Assembly: GCA_965205655.1 (NCBI GenBank)
Contig: CBDBIJ010000146.1
Coordinates: 1-24,733, forward strand
Source: Candidatus Latescibacterota bacterium
GTDB taxonomy: Bacteria > Latescibacterota > UBA2968 > UBA8231
Length of the DNA: 24,733 bases
Direction: 5' to 3'
Position 1 is the first letter of the stretch. Each line of letters opens with the position of its first letter. The notes beneath the pieces are model-generated. The model saw only the letters and a program-made list of their open reading frames with translations, was not told the origin of the DNA and did not search any database. A program made the position numbers and the translations under genes. Below, piece after piece: positions 7,439 to 15,087 of the stretch.

Positions 7439-9508
7439 ATGAGCCCCCATTCCCGCATTCGTCGCCGCATTGAATCCCGCATCCTGATAGTAGTCGGACT
7501 CTGTCTCCTGTGGCCGGTCCGCAACACCGGCGCTGAAGAGTGGTCGCAAAGTCAGTGGGAACAGACCGTCTACTACCGATTTTCATTCAAGGCTTCCGGT
7601 GACGCCGTCCTGCGCCTGACGGCGGTCGACTCTTACGAGGTCTTTTTCGCCGGCGAATCTTTGGGCACCAACGACGATTGGACCACGGTGAAGGAGTATC
7701 CGATCACCCTCGAAAAGACGAATCATGTAGGGGTGCGGGTGGACAACAGCGGCCAGGGCGCCGGCAGCGGTCTGCTCGCCGAGATCGTCGGTCCCGAAGG
7801 CCTGGTGTGGTCGAGTAGCACTGCCACCGTGAGCAAGGTAACGCCGCCGCTGGTGTGGTTCTGGACGACGGAGCCAGACGACAAGTGGCTCACCGACGGC
7901 CGCATAGCCACGAACCCGGCGTGGGGGCTCGTGCAGAGAGGGCAGCTCGATCGGAGCCAGCTCACTGGCTGGCGCGAGGACGAGTCGGGAGCCGAAGTGA
8001 TCGCCGCGTTTCCGGGCGATGTGGATGGCGGCCAGCCAGAGACTGGCCTGACCCTGCGAACGACCCGCGGAGAAAACCTGGCGACCGAGAAACCTGCCAA
8101 CCGCCCCGGCGCTTTCGACGGCCGCCATGGCCAGGGCTGGGTGATCAATCCCACCTCACTGAGCGCGGTGGCCCGCGTCGACCTGCTGCGCCCCCGGCTC
8201 GTCGGCGGGGTGCGGGTCCACTCCTTCGATCAGGCACAAACGCTGCGCGGCTACGGGGTGCAGGTGAGCAACCAGGGTTTCCGCTGGAGTGAGGTCGGGG
8301 TCGTGCACGGGAACGACCAAATACAGTCGGAGATCGCTTTCGAACCGGTCCTGTCGCGCTTCGTCCAGGTCATCGTCGCCGAGGTCGATCCAACAGACCA
8401 GGCTGCGGTGGCCGAGATTGAGATCTTCGGTGCGGGGGTCGCCCCCGAAGGCTCCTACGTGTCTCCGCCTCTGAACCTGGGTCAACGCGGCCAGCCGAAG
8501 GCCTTCGATACCGTGCGCTGGGTCGGCGAGCGTCCTGAGGGCACCGATCTGAGACTGCAGTTTCGCAGCAGCGACGACACGAACAATTGGAGTTCGTGGA
8601 GCGAGCCCATCGAAAGCGAGCGGGCCTCTCTACACGTCCCCGAGCCGCGGATCTGGCTACAATACCGGGCCGAGTTCGCGACTCAGCTCGAGGACGTGGC
8701 GCCTCGATTGGACAGCCTCATCATCGGCTTCAGCGACCGGTTCCCCGCGTCCGAGGCTAGGGCCTGGGTCGCGCCCAACGATGCCGTGCTGGGGCGTGAT
8801 ACGACCTTCACCTACAACTTGGCGCTCGATTTCGGTCCTGACGATCTGGGGGTGAAACGAGTGAGCATCGCCACGCCGAGCCAGGCGACTGTTTTGCGGG
8901 TTGACCCTCCGGAGGGAGTGGAAGAAGACGAGGACGCGAGGGTGACGAGAGGAGACCAGCTCGAGCTGACGTTCGCATCGCCGTGGACGGAATCGGGCAC
9001 CCTGACAGTAGATCTGCAGGCTCGTCTTCTGAGAGAGTCCTTCGCCTTCACGGCTCAGGTGTACGCCGGGGAGGAGGGGGTTTCGCTGGATGTGGAAGAG
9101 AGCGCGGGAAGAAATTCCTGGATGGTGCACGCCACCGAGATAGAGGGCCAGCTCCTTGACGGAGTCAGGGCTCGGCCCGCCATCTTCAGCCCCAATGGAG
9201 ACGGGGTCAACGAAGGGACAGTCGTGGAGTTTCGCCTGGCGCGAGTTGACGGCCTCCAATTGGTGGAGGTGGGTATTTTCGATCTTGGGGGCCGCCTGGT
9301 GCGGATGCTGACGGCGCAATTGGATGCGGGTGAATATGTCCGGCCCCTGGGGAACGGAGACGTGAGCGCACTGCCGGGATTCTGGGACGGTCTAGACGGG
9401 TCAGACCCGCCCAGATTGGTGCCGCCGGGGCTCTACCTGGCGCGCGTGCGAGTCCGCTTGGGGCGGAATGACGAAGTGCAGGTGACACCGGTGGGGGTGG
9501 TGTATTGA
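7439..9508 (+). CDS. Secreted multidomain protein: lectin-like beta-sandwich, discoidin (F5/8 type C) domain and C-terminal FlgD-Ig/CHU_C-like domain (paralogue 1)
   Basis: Signal peptide (ILIVVGLCLLWPVRNTGA). Discoidin-like ENLA..K...AFDG...W...VDL...YGVQVS.QG..W...F.PV.SRFVQV...VAEIEIFG. C-terminal IFSPNGDGVNE...IFDLGGRLVR...WDG...VPPGLYLARV. Confidence 0.8.
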   Translation: MSPHSRIRRRIESRILIVVGLCLLWPVRNTGAEEWSQSQWEQTVYYRFSFKASGDAVLRLTAVDSYEVFFAGESLGTNDDWTTVKEYPITLEKTNHVGVRVDNSGQGAGSGLLAEIVGPEGLVWSSSTATVSKVTPPLVWFWTTEPDDKWLTDGRIATNPAWGLVQRGQLDRSQLTGWREDESGAEVIAAFPGDVDGGQPETGLTLRTTRGENLATEKPANRPGAFDGRHGQGWVINPTSLSAVARVDLLRPRLVGGVRVHSFDQAQTLRGYGVQVSNQGFRWSEVGVVHGNDQIQSEIAFEPVLSRFVQVIVAEVDPTDQAAVAEIEIFGAGVAPEGSYVSPPLNLGQRGQPKAFDTVRWVGERPEGTDLRLQFRSSDDTNNWSSWSEPIESERASLHVPEPRIWLQYRAEFATQLEDVAPRLDSLIIGFSDRFPASEARAWVAPNDAVLGRDTTFTYNLALDFGPDDLGVKRVSIATPSQATVLRVDPPEGVEEDEDARVTRGDQLELTFASPWTESGTLTVDLQARLLRESFAFTAQVYAGEEGVSLDVEESAGRNSWMVHATEIEGQLLDGVRARPAIFSPNGDGVNEGTVVEFRLARVDGLQLVEVGIFDLGGRLVRMLTAQLDAGEYVRPLGNGDVSALPGFWDGLDGSDPPRLVPPGLYLARVRVRLGRNDEVQVTPVGVVY

Positions 9509-12500
9509 CCGCAATCACACACCGCAGGGCGACATTCGCGCCTCCGAAAACAACAGGCCTCAGCCGCTCTGCACCCTGGTGGACGCTGTCGCTGTTGCTT
9601 CTGTTGTGGGGTCAGCCAGCCGGCGTCGGGGCCGACGGCGAAGACGAGTACCTGGCTCTTTCCGAAGTTTTCGAGGCCCAACCCTTCCTGCGCGCCGACC
9701 GACCTACTTACAGCAACTTCGCCTGGGATACCTACGACCATCAGGCGGAGCACTCCTATTCCTTTCAGAATATCACGGGCGTCGGATTTCAGAACCGACC
9801 CCGGGCCTTCCACGGCCGGTTCGGCGACTATCTGATTACCGGCTATGACCTCTACTCCTGGCAAGAGAAGCGTCAGCCAGGGCTGATCGCCGGCAGTAGC
9901 CTCTTCAAGGATTGGACCTCCTGGCACTACGTCTTCGACCAGCTCGTTGTCGGCCACGACAGCCACGGCTCGTGGGGCTATAGCCTCATCGTCGGGGATG
10001 GCCTCATCGCCCGCCTGTCACCGCTGACCATGTCGAAGACGGACTTCAACGGCGCTCGCATCGACCTGTCGACGCCTCACTTCAAGTTCACGACGATGGC
10101 TTCCCGCATCGCCCGTCCGAACATCGAAGAAGATTGGCGCTACAACCGCAACACCCTCGACGAGCACACCATCAATTCGACCATGCTGCTTGGCAGCCGG
10201 GCACAGGCCGATCTCGGGGCTCTGCGGATCGGGCTCAACGGTGCCAATCTGCACGCCTTCCACGCCCTTGGCACGAACAACAGCATCAAGGGTGTGGTGC
10301 GTCCGGATCAGCCCCTGTTCGATATCCTCATCGTGCGCTTTACCGACGACTCGCCTGTGGACGGCGAGGGTGGGGCGCTCGTCCAGGACGTCGAGCTCAT
10401 CATCGACGGCGCACCCCGGCCGGACATCAGGCCCAGGGTGCTGCGCCACCGGGCCGACACGGCGACTCAGGTCGGCAAAAACCTCTCGAGCGGATTCCTG
10501 CCGGTCAATTACAACCTCTTCGGGGGGGCGCGCTACTACCGGAACGAGGAGATCCCCCTCTACGCCGACTATCTCTACCGGCTGGCACACGAGGATACCG
10601 ACTTTCTCATTTCTCTGCAGAACGGGGACAGCGGCTGGGTGGACAAAAACGGCAATTTCGTGGAAAAGAACACGAATCTCGAAGGGCTGCAGTCTACGTT
10701 TACCGTGGAATCGCCTGACCACGCCCTCGCCGCCGACGGCACAGATGTCCTCGTCTTCGTCTTCGATCTTTTTGGCGTGCCCAGTATGGAATCGGCTCGG
10801 ATCGAGGCCATTGTCGGCAACGACTACCGGGTGGAGGTCGCCAAGCTCTTCCAGTTCAGCGAGAAACCCGGCAACTTGGATGTGAAGTATCGCAGCACCG
10901 TCTACGAGACGGTGCTGCGCGCCGAGGGCAATGTGCGCGATCAGTCTAACGTCGAGCGAGTGGGTTTTGAGGTCGGCACAAACACCTCGATTTTCACCTA
11001 CAGCGCCGATCTGCACTTCGGTCTTCCGGGGCTCGAGATCAAAGGCGAGTACGCGCGCTCGGCCACCTTCGCCCGCTTCCCGGGCCATACCGAAGGCGCA
11101 CCCGACTTTCACAGCAGCCCGCGGTTCTCCAATAAAGGTTCGGCCTCTTTCCTCAACGGCACGAGCTGGTTCGGCCGCGGCCGCGTCGGTTTCGAGCTGT
11201 TCGCCATGAACCCGGACTTCACGACCGACATGGTCGCTCACGTGGCCCAGGAGGGAGGAAACCTTGGCTACGGCAGGGGGACCTCTCCCTTCAGCGGTCT
11301 GGACAACAGCACCATGCTGTGGCAGCTGGTTCAGGACAACGACGACGGGGACCGCTATCCGGATGTCCTTCTTGGCAACATCCTCGGCTCCCCGATAAGC
11401 GATGACGGCACCTTTCCGGGCCAGGACGCGGACAACGACGGCATCGTCGACACCAACCGCAACCTGAATCCGTTGCCCGACTACGAAGAGCCGTTCCTGA
11501 TGTACGACGTCGATCCCAACGACTTCGTCTACGGCATGGACCGCAACAACAACGACGAACCCGATATCCGCGAAGACGACTTCGATGTCGACTACCCCTA
11601 TGACCACGACCAGCGCGGCTACCACCTTTTCGGGCAGTACGACCCGACTCCGCACTGGACGGTTGGGGTTGGACGGCACGATGTGGAGGGCATCGCCAGC
11701 GGGGGGCGCAACAACTCCACCTATGCGCTTGTGACCTACCGGTGGCAGGGCCTCGAGCGGCTGCGGCAGGTCTTCTTCGAGAATCACCTCCGCCGGGTGC
11801 AGGACGATATCCCCGACGAGTACAATCGCTTCCGCGAGGACGTCGAAAGAACCTTTGATAGTCCGTATTCCACCAGTTTCACCGGCACGTACTACTCTCT
11901 CAGCCGAGACCCGATCATCGCACGGCAGGATTTGTTGCTCTACGAAGACAGCGACGTCAACGAGACCTACCTGGAGGGGCACTTCCGTCCCTGGCCCAGC
12001 CTAAACCTGGTGCAGAAACTAAGGCTGCGGCTCAACTGGCAGCAGGAGGGGCTCCAGCCCAGCGGCATCTTCCAGCGCGCTCGCCGGCTCGATCAGTGGA
12101 ACGTCGTCAGCCGTGCCGATTACACTCGTTACTGGGGCAGCCTGAAGATCCAGCCACAGTTCAAGTTCATGCTCTTGCGGCTGCAGGACCAGCGCGCCGA
12201 GCGCTCGCTGCGCTCGGAGGTGAGTCTCATCCCCATCCTGCGGGCCGAATACCCGCTCATGAGCCGCTCGACGCTCCAGGTCGGCATTCAGGGGATCGGC
12301 CCCTTCCCCTACCGCTTCGATGACCGGGTCGCCGGGCGCAACAGCTTCGAGCGCCGCACCAAGTTCGTGAACCTGACGAACCAATCGTCCTATTTCGGCT
12401 ACCAGCTCTTCACCATCATCGGACTCACGAGAGACAAGCAGGAATTCGACGACGAGTTTCAGACGTTCAGGGAATTCGACAGCTGGGCGTTCTTCATTCG

Positions 12501-12540
12501 CGCCCTCGTCGGCTTCAGCCAGTACGGAAGGCCCTTGTGA
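9505..12540 (+). CDS. Large exported hypothetical protein, putative outer-membrane beta-barrel with an Asp-rich Ca-binding-like insert (paralogue A)
   Basis: 1011-aa ORF with a TTGA overlap with the upstream gene. Signal-peptide-like WWTLSLLLLLWGQPAGVGA, many alternating amphipathic beta-strand-like segments, and motifs shared with 15088-17880 and 17885-20581. The gene call is solid; the barrel assignment is inference. Confidence 0.7.
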   Translation: MTAITHRRATFAPPKTTGLSRSAPWWTLSLLLLLWGQPAGVGADGEDEYLALSEVFEAQPFLRADRPTYSNFAWDTYDHQAEHSYSFQNITGVGFQNRPRAFHGRFGDYLITGYDLYSWQEKRQPGLIAGSSLFKDWTSWHYVFDQLVVGHDSHGSWGYSLIVGDGLIARLSPLTMSKTDFNGARIDLSTPHFKFTTMASRIARPNIEEDWRYNRNTLDEHTINSTMLLGSRAQADLGALRIGLNGANLHAFHALGTNNSIKGVVRPDQPLFDILIVRFTDDSPVDGEGGALVQDVELIIDGAPRPDIRPRVLRHRADTATQVGKNLSSGFLPVNYNLFGGARYYRNEEIPLYADYLYRLAHEDTDFLISLQNGDSGWVDKNGNFVEKNTNLEGLQSTFTVESPDHALAADGTDVLVFVFDLFGVPSMESARIEAIVGNDYRVEVAKLFQFSEKPGNLDVKYRSTVYETVLRAEGNVRDQSNVERVGFEVGTNTSIFTYSADLHFGLPGLEIKGEYARSATFARFPGHTEGAPDFHSSPRFSNKGSASFLNGTSWFGRGRVGFELFAMNPDFTTDMVAHVAQEGGNLGYGRGTSPFSGLDNSTMLWQLVQDNDDGDRYPDVLLGNILGSPISDDGTFPGQDADNDGIVDTNRNLNPLPDYEEPFLMYDVDPNDFVYGMDRNNNDEPDIREDDFDVDYPYDHDQRGYHLFGQYDPTPHWTVGVGRHDVEGIASGGRNNSTYALVTYRWQGLERLRQVFFENHLRRVQDDIPDEYNRFREDVERTFDSPYSTSFTGTYYSLSRDPIIARQDLLLYEDSDVNETYLEGHFRPWPSLNLVQKLRLRLNWQQEGLQPSGIFQRARRLDQWNVVSRADYTRYWGSLKIQPQFKFMLLRLQDQRAERSLRSEVSLIPILRAEYPLMSRSTLQVGIQGIGPFPYRFDDRVAGRNSFERRTKFVNLTNQSSYFGYQLFTIIGLTRDKQEFDDEFQTFREFDSWAFFIRALVGFSQYGRPL

Positions 12541-13016
12541 GAACCCGCCTTGGAATCGCCCTATGTCTGCTCGCCTTGGCCGGCTGCGGAGAGCCGGAGT
12601 ACCTGGACGTCGGTAAAGTGCTGAACAGGACAGAGACCGAGTTGGAGGCCACCTTCGGCAAGCCGGATACGTGGTCCAAGAAGTTTGAAAACGTCAATAT
12701 CCTGCAGTGGAAGAACATTGACGGAGACAGCACCTGGGTGTATCTCGTCGTGCGCGACAGTCTGTCCTGCTACGTGACCTTCTCCTTCAGGGGGATGGAA
12801 CCCTTCGATCAGAAGAAGGCGCTCGAGAAGCTTGGGATTGCGTGGCCGACGGCGGAGCCGCAGCACGAGTGGGAGAACGGCTCGAAGCGCTGGATGCCGC
12901 ATAATGCCTACGAGAAACTCGTCATCGGCAACAGGGAGAAACTCGTGTCGGTGGGTCTTGTGTACCCCTTTCTCGGCCCCGGCGCCGAGGAAAAGCTCGA
13001 CTGGATTAAGGACTGA
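12537..13016 (+). CDS. Small lipoprotein of unknown function
   Basis: MRTRLGIALCLLALAG-C is a textbook lipobox. Overlaps both neighbours (GTGA and TGATG). Confidence 0.85.
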   Translation: MRTRLGIALCLLALAGCGEPEYLDVGKVLNRTETELEATFGKPDTWSKKFENVNILQWKNIDGDSTWVYLVVRDSLSCYVTFSFRGMEPFDQKKALEKLGIAWPTAEPQHEWENGSKRWMPHNAYEKLVIGNREKLVSVGLVYPFLGPGAEEKLDWIKD

Positions 13017-15076
13017 TGAACGCCGCCAAAATCGCAATCGCCGTTGCTTTGTGGTCGGCCGGGAGCACTGCCGCCACTGAGAAGTGGACGGCCCGGGAGT
13101 GGCCGCAGACCGTCTACTACCGGTATACCTTCTCCGCACCTGCGTCGGGACGGGCGACCCTTCACTTGACTTCAATCGACGAGTACGAGGTCTTCTTCAA
13201 CGGTCGTTCCCTTGGCGAAGATGACGACTGGACGACGATGGATGAGTACGCGTTGAGCTTGGGGAATGGCGACAACGAGCTCGCCGTGCAGACGACGAAT
13301 CGCGGTCAGAGAATTGGCGCCGGTCTGATCGCCGAAATTCGTGACGAAGACGAAACCGTCAACCGCATCAGCAGGGCGGGCGGGGTGAATGAAGTGTGGC
13401 GCTGGACGGCCGAGCCTCAGCGAGGCACAGCGTGGCAGAGAAACGACGTCAATGAAGATCCGGCGTGGAGACCGGTACAGCTGGGGTACCTGGACCGGGA
13501 AGGCGTCGGGGGAGACTGGGAGGACACCTTGGGAGCCGAGGTGGTCGCCGGCTTTCCGGGAGGGATCGATATCGGGCGTCCCGAGGGCGGATTGACCTTG
13601 CGCACGGTTTTCGGCGAGAATATCGCCCTGGGATTCAGCTCGAGTAGACCGGAGGCATTCGACGGTAACGGCGACACGGCCTGGAAAATTCTCATCCTCG
13701 GTGGCAACATTTCCCTCGCCCGGGTCGATCTGGAGACCCGGCGTCTGGTCAGCGAGGTACGGGTGCTCACCCAGGGCAAGACGGCGGAGCAATTCGAAAC
13801 CAACAGCCTGCAGAGCTACGTAGTGGAAATCAGCGACGACGGGATTCAGTGGGTCGCGGTGCGCACAGTTACCGACATCACGGATTTCGAACAGACGGTT
13901 GCTGCGTTCGCGCCGTTGTTCACCCGTTTCGTCCGCGTTCTCTCCATATTGCCACAGCACAACGCCGCGGTCGCTGAGGTGCAGGTCTTTGGAGAGGGGT
14001 TCGCTCCCGACGGTCAGCTGCTCTCGGATCCCCTTGACCTGGGTCGGGCAGGTCAGCGCAAGAATTTCGACGGCATCCACTGGTTCGGCGACATCCCAGA
14101 GGGCACTTCCCTCTCCATTCGCTTCAGGAGCAGCGACAACGCAGATACCTGGAGCGGCTGGAGCTCGCCGATCACCGAGCGCGAGGCTGCGCTCCAGGTG
14201 CCCGAGCCCCGCCGCTGGCTGCAGTACAGCGTGGATATGGTTTCTCAATTCGAGGATACGGCCCCCCGGTTGGATAGCCTGACGGTCTTCTTCGGTGAAG
14301 AGGTGCCCGCCTCCGGGGTCAGCGCATGGGTCGTTCCCAACCGGGCGACCCTGGGAGTGGACACCGTGTTCACCTATACTCTCGATGCGACAATCGATAC
14401 TCTCGACGGCGACCTGGGCGTCGAGCGGCTGCGGATCGCCACACCGAGTCGGGCTCAAGTGGAGGAGATACGCTTGCCCGATGGTGTTTCCGTGGCCGAC
14501 ACTATCGCCTGGGGAGATGCCTTGGAACTCTACTTCGATCCGCCCTGGAGTAGCTCCGGGCAGCTGTCGATCGACCTGCGCGCGCGCTTATTATCGGGCC
14601 AATTCGAGTTTCGTCCGCAAGTGTTCGGCCTCGGCCTGGAAGGAGAGGTGGTTTCTCTGGATGGGGAAGAAGGCACGTCAGATGGGACGTGGACCGTGCA
14701 GGCCGACGATGTGCGGGAAGAGATTTTGAGCGCCGTGCGTGTCCGGCCCCCGGCATTCTCACCAAACGGAGACGGCGTCAACGACGGCACGGTCGTCGAG
14801 TTCATCCTGGCGCGCTTGAATCTGCCGCAGCGAGTGGAGATCGAAGTCTACGATCTGCGCGGACGCCGGGTGCGGTCATTGAACGCGGGTCTGCTGTCGA
14901 GAGGTGAATACGTCACACCGTCCGGGGGCGGAGACGTGTCCTTGCTGCCCGGATACTGGGACGGCAAGGACGACGCCGGCGACCTGGTGCCTCCTGGACT
15001 GTACGCGGTGCGGGTCAGAGCCCGCCTGGACCAGGGGGATGAAACCCGTACGAGAACGGTAGCCGTGGTCTACTGA
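13016..15076 (+). CDS. Secreted multidomain protein: lectin-like beta-sandwich, discoidin domain and C-terminal FlgD-Ig/CHU_C-like domain (paralogue 2)
   Basis: Collinear with 7439-9508 throughout (QTVYYR; DDWTT; GAEV.A.FPG..D.G.PE.GLTLRT..GEN.A; VPEPR.WLQY; ED.APRLDSL; FSPNGDGVN.GTVVEF.LAR; LPG.WDG; LVPPGLY; VVY terminus). Signal peptide MNAAKIAIAVALWSAGSTAA. Confidence 0.82.
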   Translation: MNAAKIAIAVALWSAGSTAATEKWTAREWPQTVYYRYTFSAPASGRATLHLTSIDEYEVFFNGRSLGEDDDWTTMDEYALSLGNGDNELAVQTTNRGQRIGAGLIAEIRDEDETVNRISRAGGVNEVWRWTAEPQRGTAWQRNDVNEDPAWRPVQLGYLDREGVGGDWEDTLGAEVVAGFPGGIDIGRPEGGLTLRTVFGENIALGFSSSRPEAFDGNGDTAWKILILGGNISLARVDLETRRLVSEVRVLTQGKTAEQFETNSLQSYVVEISDDGIQWVAVRTVTDITDFEQTVAAFAPLFTRFVRVLSILPQHNAAVAEVQVFGEGFAPDGQLLSDPLDLGRAGQRKNFDGIHWFGDIPEGTSLSIRFRSSDNADTWSGWSSPITEREAALQVPEPRRWLQYSVDMVSQFEDTAPRLDSLTVFFGEEVPASGVSAWVVPNRATLGVDTVFTYTLDATIDTLDGDLGVERLRIATPSRAQVEEIRLPDGVSVADTIAWGDALELYFDPPWSSSGQLSIDLRARLLSGQFEFRPQVFGLGLEGEVVSLDGEEGTSDGTWTVQADDVREEILSAVRVRPPAFSPNGDGVNDGTVVEFILARLNLPQRVEIEVYDLRGRRVRSLNAGLLSRGEYVTPSGGGDVSLLPGYWDGKDDAGDLVPPGLYAVRVRARLDQGDETRTRTVAVVY

Positions 15077-15087
15077 GACTGACACAC

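Noticed and set aside
10018..11982. 654-aa minus-strand ORF, and similar long antisense ORFs such as 13172-14458, 16228-17406, 4970-5947 and 22174-23040
   Set aside because: They lie opposite well-supported genes and have no recognisable motifs. They are shadow ORFs expected from GC-rich codon bias.
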